This document shows positions 46,091-59,700 of a stretch of DNA of 64,000 nucleotides, piece by piece. Below the pieces are notes generated by a model. That model was given only the letters and a program-made list of their open reading frames with translations. It made no database searches and had not been told where the DNA came from. The translations under genes were made by a program, and so were the position numbers. Numbering within the stretch: position 1 is the first letter of the stretch; each line of letters begins with the position of its first letter. Source of the stretch: a virus; IMG/VR virus record IMGVR_UViG_3300004369_000005, positions 28,121 to 92,120 of that record; one strand, 5' to 3'.

Positions 46091-47724
46091 TAGTAAGCTC
46101 GGATGATGTATACGATCGTGAGGGAGGGTTGATTAGTAGTAACAGTAATATTTAGAGCGTCATTGAGATTATCTGGACTCACAGAACCAATACTCAATTC
46201 ATTTATAGTAAAGGTTTCTTGAGGTTTTAGAGTTGCTTGACTCATCTGAATATCAAATGTTCCATGGTTATGACTTAGGAACAACGTAGAATCTGGTTCA
46301 TTTTCACCAATATTACTCATAGAAGTAGGCCATGATCCTTCTAAGAAAGTAATATCAAATGTACCAGACGTTTCAATAGGTCTACTCAGTTTAACTAGGT
46401 AACTATAGTTAGAATCATCCGTGCCTTCTCTTTCAATCTCAGTAATATATGTGCCTTTGGCGATTGGTTCTCCATCAACCATTTGCCATGGGTGAATCTT
46501 ATCGTATGCGTAGTAAGTAATACCCGCATCCTCATCGACCTTCGTAGTTCTAATATCAGTTCCTGGTGGAAGTGTAAACTCAGTATCTTGTGCGTTACAG
46601 GGAACACTTGCTACAGTGAACCAGAGTGAAGGATCTTCTGGGTTGTCAATTAATCCATTATAAGTAGAACTGGTGTCTTTACCAAAGAAATTTCTTCTTT
46701 CACCAAAAATCATTGGTTTTGGCATTAATCCAGTCCACGCTGGAATAGAGTGAGATTTTTCAGGTACAGTAGGAAATACATCAGTAAAACCTTTTACATC
46801 AACAAAATTATATTCCTGAGATCCTGCTTGTGGACTTTCTCTAGTAGGAGTTCCATCATTCCATTCAGGTGCAGGAACTTTAGACCAATAGTCTTTACCA
46901 TCCGCATTATTAAATTGCCAAAATCTATCAACTGTTGGTAGAGTATGTTCGTATTGTTCGTCGCCATAGAATGCCAAAAGAGTTCTACCTTGCTGCCAAG
47001 ATCTTGCTTCAGCATCACTTGGAAGTAAAGCACACTGGAATTGAGTTGATGCAATAGGACTACAGTTTGGGTGTGCTGCGTTACCACTAATTTGAACCTG
47101 AGTAGAACTAAATGTCATAGGTCCAATAAAACCAGCAGTAGAACTTTCGATTTTATCTGCGTGTCCGTGCGATGGGAAGTGGTTAATACCTAGTTTTCTA
47201 TTTAATGTAGTAACTGATGTTTGGAAATCTCCACCAGTTACTGCCAATTCAGTAAACTTACCAACCAGAGTTTGATTTGCTGGCAGCTGGAAATCAATAT
47301 CACAATTAGCAGACCAGGATGTTTTAATAGAAACCTCTGTTCCCATCTCTGATAAAAGATCACGAAATCTAGTGCCATCTGCATCAATAAAGGTATTCAG
47401 TACATCTCCCTGTCCCATTTGATAGTCGGGATTGGCAAGATAACTTTCATCAAGATCAATTAGAACTCTGGATGTAAGGTTAGGAGTAAAAAATTCACCT
47501 TCAATGTTAGGAAATTCTCCACTCAAACTTCCACCATATGTTTCACCAATCATAGATGCTAGCATTTGAAAATCGCTAGCATCTCTTCTTTTTCCATCAC
47601 AAACAATCCATCCTTTGGGGATATTTTCCAATGTAAATCCATCGTTACCATTGCCAGCCCATGGCATGATCGCGCCAATTTTGGCGGTCTTCATGGTTTT
47701 TAGTGAATTGTAGTATTGTGCCAT
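46090..47724 (-). CDS. tail-collar (short tail fibre-like) protein
   Basis: IGAIMPWAG...IPKGWIVCDG...FFTPNL; HFPSHGH; C-terminal QPSLTIVYIIRAY; ATG at 47724. Confidence 0.8.
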   Translation of the reverse strand: MAQYYNSLKTMKTAKIGAIMPWAGNGNDGFTLENIPKGWIVCDGKRRDASDFQMLASMIGETYGGSLSGEFPNIEGEFFTPNLTSRVLIDLDESYLANPDYQMGQGDVLNTFIDADGTRFRDLLSEMGTEVSIKTSWSANCDIDFQLPANQTLVGKFTELAVTGGDFQTSVTTLNRKLGINHFPSHGHADKIESSTAGFIGPMTFSSTQVQISGNAAHPNCSPIASTQFQCALLPSDAEARSWQQGRTLLAFYGDEQYEHTLPTVDRFWQFNNADGKDYWSKVPAPEWNDGTPTRESPQAGSQEYNFVDVKGFTDVFPTVPEKSHSIPAWTGLMPKPMIFGERRNFFGKDTSSTYNGLIDNPEDPSLWFTVASVPCNAQDTEFTLPPGTDIRTTKVDEDAGITYYAYDKIHPWQMVDGEPIAKGTYITEIEREGTDDSNYSYLVKLSRPIETSGTFDITFLEGSWPTSMSNIGENEPDSTLFLSHNHGTFDIQMSQATLKPQETFTINELSIGSVSPDNLNDALNITVTTNQPSLTIVYIIRAY

Positions 47725-47729
47725 TTGTA

Positions 47730-50700
47730 TCAGAGTTCCGTGAGCCACCAACCGCGTAGGTTAGATGGGATAGATCTTTCATCTTCTGCACCAGGAGCAT
47801 CAGTTGGACCGACATAAATCAATCCGAAGGATGCGTTTCTGGTCTGTACGATTAGTTCTCCACTATCCCAAGCAACAGAATTGAATCCGCTACCTTCTTT
47901 AATGGTAGAACCTGTGATGTCACCCTGAACTGCAACTGACAAACCACCAACCTTGAGTGCTCTAATGACTAACTGAGAGTCATAAGATAGGTTTCCACTG
48001 CATTCAATGAATCTAATCATATCACCAGTTTCAGCATAATCTGGTAGATACAGAACCATATTGGTGCCTGCAGGATTATTTAGAATGTAGTTGTTATTAG
48101 GTTGTAATGGGGATCCTTGTGTCTGACCGATACCTGTAGCAGATTGTTCTACGTAAGTATATCTACGACCACCATTTCTAGTGAAGTAACGCTGAATACC
48201 GAAGGTATCGATAGAACCATCTTGATAGATCTTAAAGTCTCTTGGACCTTCAGTTCCACCAGTTCCAGCATTACCAATGTTATCGATATGGAAGATTGGT
48301 GTAGTTGCATCACCAAACGCATCGCCATCATTAGCAATTAATTTGCCTCTGACATAGAGTTGTTCTCCAACATCAACAGATCCCGTGTCACCATATACTT
48401 TAAACTTAAGTTCTTCAGTGCAGTTACCCCATGCTTCACAATTATCTTCGAAGACGTTGATGTCACCATGAATGAAGGCATGACCCTTGAGGAACATACC
48501 ACCCTTCCTAGTCTTGGCGTCTAGAATTGCACCATCAGCGGGGTGATCGTCATCGTTAGCAACGTTGAAGATTAGAGTCTCTCCATCGCAACCATACATT
48601 CTCAATTCACCACTGTATAGTTCTAAAGCATCATGAATAATAGTTGTACCACCACCAAATGTTGCGGTATAGAAATCGCGAGGATGATCTCCAATAAAAT
48701 CAGGATCAAGAACATTAAGTGCTTGCTGAACTGATTGTGTTGCTTTAGATAGTCTTACAGAATATGCAGAATCTTGACCGTCAATACTATCTGGATAGAA
48801 CCATTCAGTAGTTACAGCAGATGTAATAGGATCAGTAGTGCTAATTCTAAAGAAGTGTGGGGAGTCTAGTTTGTTACCAACTATTCTAGAATCTGCTAGT
48901 TTAACCTGAATTAGGGAAGCAAGGTATGATGGGTTAGCAGGTGTTCTATTAGTTGCAGGGATGTCCTCAATTAGTTTGCTGCTTAACTTATACTTGTAGA
49001 TCTTAACAACTGTTGCTCCACCACCAGTGAAGTTAAGTTTACTAGTTCCTTCAAGTCCTCTACCACCATTTGGATAAGAAGAAGCAGGATAATCAGCATT
49101 GTAGATTGTAGGCAGATAACCCTGACCGCCAGAAGTATAAGGATTATCGGTGATAATCATGATCTCACCGCGACCTGATGATACTCCAGCACCTTCATAA
49201 ACTGCGATCATGTCGCCCTTCTGGAAGACGCTGATGTCATTAACAGGAATGTTGACATCATCTACTGTAAATCCTACAGAAGTTGTAGTAATTGGACCAC
49301 CAATGTTAAGGGTGAACTTACTAAATCTGTAACCATAAGCAATACTATTCTCAATAGTATGGTTGACTGGAGTAGAACTCCACCATCCACCATGTGCGAA
49401 TACTGCACCTTGTGTAGTACCAATAACAGTGTCACCATTACAGACATTAACGTCAAATGTGGTGCCATACTTGTTATTGATATAGAGGTGGTTATCAAGT
49501 GATGGATCGGGACTTGGATATGTAAAGTCTCTATCGCAGAGACCATTCAAGTTCAGTGTTCCGTTAACATTGAGTAGTGATGTGCTTGTACCATCACCAA
49601 TGGTTACATCACCAGTAGTAGAATCAACAACGAATACATCATTTGCAGTTCCACCAGAACAGTCAGAAGAAATTCTGAACTTAATTTTCTCTTGACTTAG
49701 AGGACTTTGAATCTGTAGAACTTCACCAACGTCATATGTCGTTGGATCTGGTGCTTGTGGTGTGCTGTCACGACCCAAGATAATATAATCATTGAGTTTT
49801 AGACTGCTACCAATTCTGGAGAGATATACATTAGTGATAGACTGCTGGTCGAATGGAATATCCTGAGTAGTCCAAGTAGCATCAAACTGTACGTTACACT
49901 TGTAAACAGAAGTTCTATCTGGGTGATCGTTTCTTACGCCAGTAAATGTACCAAATGGTTGTCTTTCAACAACAATGTAGTATGGTCTGACATTAATTCT
50001 AGGTGTAGAAACAACCTTAACAAATTCAACATGAGTTGAAATTGATGTCGCAGAACCTGTAACATATGTGATTCCAACAACACCGTAGTTATCAATATTA
50101 GCACCAGTGTTTGATCGCTGGAACAACTGGAACTTAACACCTGCCTGCTGTGCTGCAACAGGAATGTTAACTTCCATCTTAACGAACTGTCTGTTCGTAT
50201 CAGCATCCATAAACTGAACGAACTGTGGTGTTGTTACCAGATCTCTAACACCAGCTGGGACAATATCACCAATAGTAACCCATGTATTGCCATCATCAAG
50301 AGAGTATCTTAGTTGTAGTGCTTCATTTGCCAATGCAGGAGAAACGATATCTGGGAATTCTCCACCATTGCTATCAGTTCCGACGTGAACGTCGAATTCC
50401 ATCTTGGAAATAGCACCAGTAGATAGGAATGATCCATCAACTGCATCAAGTGTTACGTAACGAGCTCCACTGCCTTTGAAGTGGATGTATGTCTGACCTG
50501 TGTTAAATCCGCCACTGGATCCTATACCAGGACCAGAGTTATCAAAGAGAACACCCTGATAATCATTAACAAATGATGCTGTTGGATCTGCTTGGTCGAT
50601 ATCAGCAGTGTCTAGAGCAACACGGGACTCGCCAACACCTTCAGGAGAATCAATCAATAGAATGTCATTCTCACGGAAGTATGACTCACCATCAACTAGT

Positions 50701-53700
50701 GGAGCATTCAATAGTGGTAGGTAATACTGATTACCAGTTAGTTCAGGTAGCTCCTGAGGTTCAACCTGTGGGTTGCCACCAATTTCAGTGATTTCATTCT
50801 GATATTGAATACCACCCCAGTTTGAACTACCAACAGTATCAATCTCGTTATATCCTGCTTCTCCAGTCGTCAAACGTGCTACTGTAATAATATCAACGTT
50901 GTTGTTGAATAGACCGTCACCAAGTTCACCAGATAGGTGCTCCATATTGGAAGAACCAGATCTGTTTCTGAATGCAGAGAATGTGAATGCATCCAGACCA
51001 CCACAGAGAACGAGGTTGGAGTTAACTTCAGCAGTTGCATTGACAACCAAGTTGTTTCTAATAGTGGTTGTACCACCCTGACCTGCCATAGTCAGGTTAG
51101 AAACGTTAGTAGCGAAGTTGAGGATGTTGGTTACAGAGTTACCACCAAAGAAGTCAACTGTACCAGCAGTAGATGTTAGTGTTAGACTATCAGTAAGTCC
51201 TCTTCTGGTGATAGGACCACCATTAACATCAGCACCAACACCAAGGATAATATCACCAGCAACCTTAAATGACTTGGTGTCAATCGTTGTTGTTGATAGA
51301 GTCTCAGAAGGTTGTGCGTATGCACCACCAATGACTACCTTAGAAATATTAGCGTTGTTGTCATCAGGAGTATGACCGATGTAGATGTTACTGTGTAGTG
51401 ACTTATTACCAAGGAAGAAGAACTGATCTCCTTCTACATCATCACCAAGGAAGAATCTAGACTGTACCTTGTTGGCGTTACCAATGTAAATGTCTTGAGA
51501 TGACGTAGTGGTGTTACCAATTGTGATTAGTTCAGCACCATTTGCAAGTGCAAGGGTGTTAGTGTTATCAACGATTGTCGCTGCAGTTACATTGTTAGCA
51601 ATGTTAACTGTACCAACGAATGTAGCATCATCAATCACATTGAAGATACCAGTTGTAATACCAGTTCTGATCTCAGCAGTATCAGTTCCATCTACACCAG
51701 GATGGTTGTAGACTTCAATGTCTCTGTGGAATCTTACATCTTCAGTGAAACGAGCATCACCTTGAACTACCAGTGCTCTGTCTAGTTCTGCATTGGTGAT
51801 GTTAACACCAACCTTACCATAGTTATCTGGTCTGCCATTTTCAGAAGAAGCAGTAGTTAGTGTAGAAACACGGAATACTGCTTGCTTAGCATCAATAAAG
51901 GAGACGATAGTAGAACGCTGTGCGTTGTTGAGGAGATCATCAGAATAACCAACAACAAATGCATCAGATACTTTATCTACAGTACGTGTAGCGAATGAAG
52001 CGTTGTTGATCCAACTATCCTGAGTCGTCTTACGACCAGTGATGAATGTTGTACCAATAACTTCAAGGTTTGCACGAGGATCAGTGTTCTTAGGTTGTAC
52101 CCAAGCAGTATCATATGCCTCATGATCGACTCTGTTAAGAGTGTTAATACCAAGTTTGAAGTCACCCCAGGTATCACTATCAGTTCTCATTACTTCAGAA
52201 CCGATTACACCATATTCCTTCCACTTGTTCTCCGCATAGAACATTCTTCCATTTGGAGATGGAGCAGCATTGAAATTAATGATGTCTGTATCCCAGTCGT
52301 AACTACCAACAGGGATGCTTACCTGACTGTTAACAGGAACAATCTCGATAAAGAGTTGATTACTCTGACCGTTGAATGCATACTCCGCATTGTTGATGAT
52401 CTTCCAGTTTCCGATGAAAGATGCATATCTAACAATGTTCTCAAGCTTAATAGTTGAGGTAGGAGTAATTGGTGGGGTAAAGTCGTCAAGTTTAATTGGG
52501 TTGTTTGCTGGATCGATAAAGGTGATCGTAGCAATGTAGGTGGAACCAGATTGCTCGATTTCAATAGCATCAATGTTAGCATTATCAATTTCAGTGAAGA
52601 TGTTTGCATAGATCCAACCAAGAGAACCAGTCTTATTAACTGCATCTCCCTTGAGAAGCATATCTCCTGGTTCTGGTAGAACACCACCAGAGATAGTAAC
52701 GATAGTTTCACCACCTTGCTGCGTTTCTTGTGGTACACCACCATATACAACATACTGCATGATGTTAATGGAAGTTCCACCATTAGCAATGGTGAGTCCC
52801 TGGTTTGGTGCTACATTACCATTTGAAACTGCACTACCTGCAGGTGCATGAATTAGAGACTTGTAACCAAGTCCTTTACCGCGTCTATTATATTCAAATA
52901 CAGCAGAAGAAACTGTGTTCTGACCGATGCGAATATGTCCGCCTTCACCAATACCATCAATCTGATCGAAGTTGAGGTATTGATCTTGTGGTTGACCGTT
53001 AGCACCAGTTGAATTTACTAGAGAGTAAATTAGTAGTGGAGTTCCTTGCTGAACGAGTTGATTGTCAGGAACGTTGATTTCAACAGGGGAGAGGAATCTG
53101 CTGACTAGCTGACCGTTGTCATCACCAACAACTGTGATGTTCTTATTGAACGTTACAGGTGTATCAAAGGTAGTAACGAGTTGTCCGATTACGTCATCCT
53201 CGTCTCCATCATCGGCAAGAACTGCTCTATCGATGAAGGTTTCTTCACCAGTGATAGCATTGATTCTTCTGTTACCGATGTAGAGGTCACCCTGGGAGTT
53301 AATACCCGTGTAGAAGACGATACCAGCATCTTGCTTCTTCGACTGTGCGTAGAAGTCCTCTTCGGGTTCTAGGACGATCTCCTGACGGGCAGGAAGACCT
53401 GTTGAGTAGTTACCAGGACCGAAACCAAGGTATTCAAACGTGTGGTTACCAGCACGAGCGATAGATGGTCTACGGAGTTCAACATAGTAACGCTGATCTG
53501 AGAGAACTGTGCTATCACCAGCAATAGGAATCAAGCGATCTTCCGAACCTGAAGTTGCATTACCTTCCTGTGCCTGAATTCTGTTATCAATTACATTACC
53601 ATCAAAATCACTAGTAGTATTAGTATACTTGTTACTGATGAATGCTGGTTGATGTAGTAGATCCGTAACGAGTTCTCTAGTTACAGAGTGCTTGGTATCA

Positions 53701-56700
53701 TTAACAGTAACCTTACCATGAATATAGTTGTCAGCAGCAGAGAATGCCTGAGGTGGATCAATTAGAGCACTGTAGTATGCTTTTTCTGCCTCACTTGTAC
53801 CAGAACTCTTAAACCAGAGAGGATCGTTTCTGTAGTTTAGAGGATACAGTTTACCAACTGGTTGTGAGAACTTAAACTTCTGGAAGTTACCACCAGCACC
53901 AGCACCTTGTGGGAATGGTGAGATGTTACCGCGCAAGCAAGTTAGATAGTAGATACCATCTTGCTGACCTGGGATTCTCTTCTGAAGTTCTTTACTATCA
54001 AAGATGTAGAAGGTGTCTTCAATGATACCTGCATCTTCGACAGATGCAACATAGTATTCAATACCAGTGTCATCTTGGATTGTATCACCAGGAGTAATGG
54101 TATAAACGTTAGCGCCGTTTTGCTTGTAATAATACTCTGGGAAATTTTTTCGGATATGTGTCTTCAGAGGTAGCGATTTACCCATATCCTGGTCTTCCAG
54201 CATATCAGCAAACACAGTTGTGTCGCCTTGTGTCTGAGAGAATCTAGTGTTGTAATACTCACTATACTCTAGGGAAGCAGTGCCCTTAGCACCACTGATA
54301 CCCTTGATGATGAGATAGTGATCTCCACCAACACTATAGTATCCATGGATAAATGCACTACCTGAAGAGTTACCAGCAAATGTTACCCTGTTTGCACTAG
54401 GACCACTGGATAGACTTTGAGTTTTATTAGTGTTGAAAGCACCACCCTGAGGAGAAGAAATCTTGACAGTTGTAAAGATTTCATTTCTCAAACCACTGAA
54501 GTTGACAGTATCAACACCATGATCGAATACCGTAATTTCTAGATACTTAATTTCTGGATCTAGTGGATCTTCAACATAACGACCAGACTGGATGCTAGCA
54601 GCAATACCAGAAGAGAATCTGGCGACACTGGTATAGTTTGTATCCTGTGGTTCACCTGTTAAAGGTCTTCTAAATGGATCATATCTTTCCTCTTCTTTGA
54701 GGGTATCATCTAGATCAAAGTCACGCTGAGTGAAACCAATGTATTCAGCAGGTTGCTGTGGGTTGATGAAACGTGCTCCATATACGTTACCAGATACAGG
54801 CTTGAGGAGTAGTTTCTGTGGTACTAACTTACGAGTATCGTCAGTTCTTGTCTTAATAACAAATCCGTTGATAGGATCTCTAGCGTTCTCAAGGTACTTA
54901 GGAATGACATAACGTAGTTTATAAGTTCTCTCGTCCGCTTCACGAGTATCACTAATACGCTCATACCATGTATCAGTAGTGCTTTGCTTACCAGCAAAGT
55001 CACCTTGGTGAATTCTATAGAAGATCTCCTGCTGAACGATATCAGTGTCGCCAGATAGAGCACCAGTAATCTTATCCTTAACGTTAAGATACCACTTACC
55101 ACCCTCAGCATCAGAGCTAGAGAATGTTGGATCGAAGCGCATTGGACTGAGCTTCTTGTTAGCAAATACTCTGAATGGTTTTCTGCTACCACCAATAGGA
55201 ATATCAAATTGAATTGGATTGACACCACCTTCAGTGTAAGTGCTGACCTGCGCTCTTGCTTCTGCTTCAGTTTTGTGAACTGTGAAGATCTTAGAAGTCT
55301 GATACCTTACATAGAATTCCTTATAAGGATTGATTCTACCATAATTAGGATCGTTGGAGTTAGTTACAGCAACATCAGGATCGTTAATAAACTGAGATGC
55401 AACTGCAGGTAATTCACTACCTTCTACTTCTCTAAAGAATACTTTCTGAATAGTAGTAGCAGAGTTTGGTTTATCGAAGATATGTGCGATGTCAGACTCA
55501 ATACCACCCAAAACAGTATCAGTTAGAGTACACTGATAGTTGTGTAGATCATATTTGTCATCGATGATGAACTGATAGAGATCGATCTCTACATCTGGAT
55601 CAATAGATTCTGTCTCAGATGCATAGATGTAGATACCTGCTGCTGCATTCTCCTTAGACGATGCAAGCATCAACTTGGTTGCATCACTACCGTTGAAGTA
55701 TGTTGTTCCAGAATAGTCAACAGGTTGTGTTGCTCTACCAGGAGCAATTACATAGTATACTTCATTAGTATCAAAACCATTTGGTAGTCTAACCAGACGC
55801 TTGTCAACATCTACATACTCGTTACGATCTGGATCAAAGCGAGGACGTGGTACAAGTCTGACAGGAGTTCCAGTCTCGAAGTTGTGTGCTTCAGGAGATC
55901 CAGTACCTGTCTTATCAATAGTAAATACAGTCGCTCTAGATGCTAGTAGTGAGGTATTGAAGGTTGCTTCCTGTCTGGGAATAGTAGGAACTTCATTACC
56001 ATTAGCATCAGTGTAGGTTAGACCAGTGTTGATGATAGTAGTGATGTTCTGAATAAGAACTTCAATAGCATCTGCAACAGCAGCACACTCGCGTTGTGTA
56101 GGTGATGTAGTGGTGTCCTGAATAACATCAGGATTTTCTCCTTCTGGTCCAACAACTACAGTCTCAGGGAGAGTGTCAGCCCATGCAGGAGTCTCGAACT
56201 TAAAGTGTAGATTAACAGTACCAGTTGCACCTACAGGAGTTGCATTCTGTGTCTTACCAAAATCTAGTCTAGATCCTCTTACACCCAGTTCAATAAACTG
56301 ATCGTCAATAATATTCTTAACGAAAGTATTTTCTGGAATATTAGTATAGGTAGGTACAGCAGTTGATTGTAGAAGACCGTTGACATATGGAGTAGGAGAT
56401 GACTGATATTCAGTAACACTCATGCCAATGACAATACCTCTAGTGTCACCAACGTTGACTCGTGCTGCTGTTGCTGGTGCAGAAGTAATTTCACAGTTAT
56501 AAGCAACAAAGTCAAAATTACGCATTGCTGCAGTTGCCAACTGACCGACATAGTTCCATGCATCGGTTGTTTCTACTGCTTCTCCATCGATGTAATCTAG
56601 TTGAGCTCCAACAAAGTATGCTTCACCTGCCTGAATGCTGTTGATGTTACCACCATAACGTAGGTCATTGACGACTGCATCAACGATATAAGAAACGTCT

Positions 56701-59700
56701 CTAAAGCACTTAGATGCCTCTGCATTGGTGATAAAGTCTCCGCTATTAACAGGAGGTAGATCATCAATTGAACCCTCTGCAATGGCATCCATGAAGATGT
56801 CAAAGAGAGTTTCAATAGTAGAACGAACGTTAGCACAATCCCACTCACCAGTGCTGAGATCAGGAAGATCTTGGATGTTACCAGCGTAGAGAGCATCACA
56901 AACAATACCAGTTAGAGTATCGATTGTCTGTAGAACGTCAGAACAATTGCCTAATCTATACTCTTTAGGTTGTGTGATTGCTGCGGCAGCAGGATATGAA
57001 TGACGCTGCTTATAACCATCACGAGCACAAGTAAAGGTCAGAGCATTAGGTTGTACTCTAATACTTGTTCCAGTGCTAATGCTATGTGCTCCAATTGTTA
57101 CTATAACATCACCTGTTTCAGGATCATATGTAGCATTAGTTGGTGTATATGTTGTGTTGACAGATGCGGGTGCTTGAACTTCAACAGTCTTAGGAGTTAC
57201 AGCAGTGATAATCATCTGCTGACCTGAGTTAGAATCAGATGTTCTAGGATAGGTATGCTCGGTAGCATAGTTATCCATAGCACATCTAAAGGTAAAGCTG
57301 TTATCAACAAACCTTACAGTGTTTGATGTAGTTAGACCATGTGGAGCACCAAAGTATAGTGTTACCTTACCAGTAGATGTGTTATAAACAGCATTGCCTG
57401 GCGTATATGTTACACCGTTATTATCTACAACAGCATCATTAGCGACACTAACAAAGCGATGATCGTAATCACCACCAACAACAATACTATCTGCAAGTGC
57501 AGTAACAAAACTATGTTCGTAAACTAGATTGTTAGATGCACCAACGTTGAAAGTAATAGTGTTTGCAGTTGTTGCAGTGATACTAGTTGCAGTCTCATAT
57601 GTTGGATCTGGAGTTGCTCCTGGGAAGGATGCCTCAGCAGTTACAGTACCAACACCAGTGCTGGTTGTACCGATTGCATCATCAAGGATGCCAAACAGGT
57701 TGTAGATAGCAATAGCAACAGACTGACACTTAGGTAGGAGACTTGTCTCGCCATTGCTGATGTCAGAGTCCCAATCAGTTACGATAGTATAATCGATGAA
57801 CTGCTCTTGTGCTGGGGTTGGAGACCAGTTAGTAGGAGTTATAACCTCGTTACGCATTACTGCAATAGCAAGATCTCTTACTTCTTGGAATACTTTCTTC
57901 GCTTCATCACGCTCAGCATCAATGAATGTCTCAACTTTCCATGCAGTTCCATCCCACGCCCATCTGATTCCCTCTTCAGTATAGAATCCAGAAGTAGGAC
58001 CAGTTTGTGTATTACCAACAACTGGTGCTGTTGGGAAGTCTAAACGGAAGTCTGCTGGATAGAACTCATTAGAGATATAGATGTTAGCAGCTCTTAGAGT
58101 CTTGATGTTTCCACCAAACTTAACGTCCCACATTACTTGTTCTAGGACGCTATACACATCATCCAGACAATCCTGCTTAGTGTTACCCTCGGAAGGAGTG
58201 TACTGGTTGTATGTAACAAGCATACGCTGATATGCTTCTTCTGCAATAAATTCCTTGTTAGCAAGTACAAGGTTATATGCATCAGCGTGAATGTCTGAGA
58301 AGACGGCAGGATCACCCTTCTGGTCTAGAGTTAGAGCAGGAAGACCAGCAATTTCTCTGACATAGTATTGATTGTTGACTGCACGGTTCATCAAATCAGC
58401 AGCACGTTTGAATGCTGTGATAGAAGGACCGACTTCGAAGTCAACACCATTTGCTAGCAAAGTGTTTGCATTTGCAAAGTATTCTTTAGTTGCAGCGATG
58501 GTATACTCGTTACCACCGAACCAGAGATCCTGTGCGATAGCATCAACAACATGACCGATGTCTCTACGGCACTTAGCGTTACCAGTAGTTCCAAACTCAG
58601 TGTTGTATAGTCCAGTGTTGACTACAGGAAGATCATTTAGGTTCTGATCGTTGATTGCATCTACAACGTAGCTTACTAGGTTATCAATGTAAGAAACAAC
58701 ATCTTGACATGCATTAGGAGAAGTTACAGGAACGTCATTACCAGAACCAACCTCATAGTTAGGAGCACCAGGAGTTACACCTAGATCCTTATAATATAGT
58801 TCATTGCGAATTGCCTTCGCCATGTACTCTTCTGCTTCTTGGAAAGCAAGAATTGCTTCATCTTTCTCAGGAGTTACAATGCCATTAGTAATAGGTACGC
58901 CTGATCCATCGAAGTATTGTTCGATGAACTTAACTGTGTGACTGTTACCTTTGTGGAACATGTCAACAGAGATAGCATCGATAAAGTAACCGATGTCACG
59001 AGCACACTTGGCAGCGCCTGCAGGATATGATCCTTTGTTGAGAGGTGTGGGTCCAATGTTCTCCCAGTCTACCTCATCATCTGGACCACGTAGAAGAGAA
59101 CCTAGATTGTTGTTGCCGAAGATTCCATCAACAATACTCCAGAGGTTATCAATGGTAGACTGAACGTCGCTGCAAAGATACTCATTAAGGTGATTGTCAG
59201 TATTAGCACCAAAAGTAATGCAGTTGTTTATTGCACTAACAAAACTATGTGGGTATACATCAGCAGGATCGCTAGCACCTACGTTTACTGTGATCGTGTC
59301 AGCAGTAACAGCATCAACACGAATATACTTACCAGCAGCAGGGTCAGTAGCACGAGGATAAGCAGTTACTTGAGTGTTGCCATCCATGGTGCAGGTGAAT
59401 GATAGTCCACCAGTTGCAATCTGAATATGATCGCCAACCTTTAGATCGTGGTTAGCAATAGTAAGTACAGAATTGCCAGTAGCTCCATCATAAGTTGCAT
59501 TATGTGGTGTGAAAGATCTTACAATCTGACCGTAATCAGAACCAGGAGCATTGTCAGGGGTTACCTGTAGATTCTTAAAGTACAGTTGATTGGAAACTGC
59601 CTTCATCATCATATCTCTTGCCTTCTGGAAGATGGCACGACTCTCTAGTAGTTCACCATTCAAACCAGCGGTGATCTGAGTGTTCTCATCTTGGAAGTAT

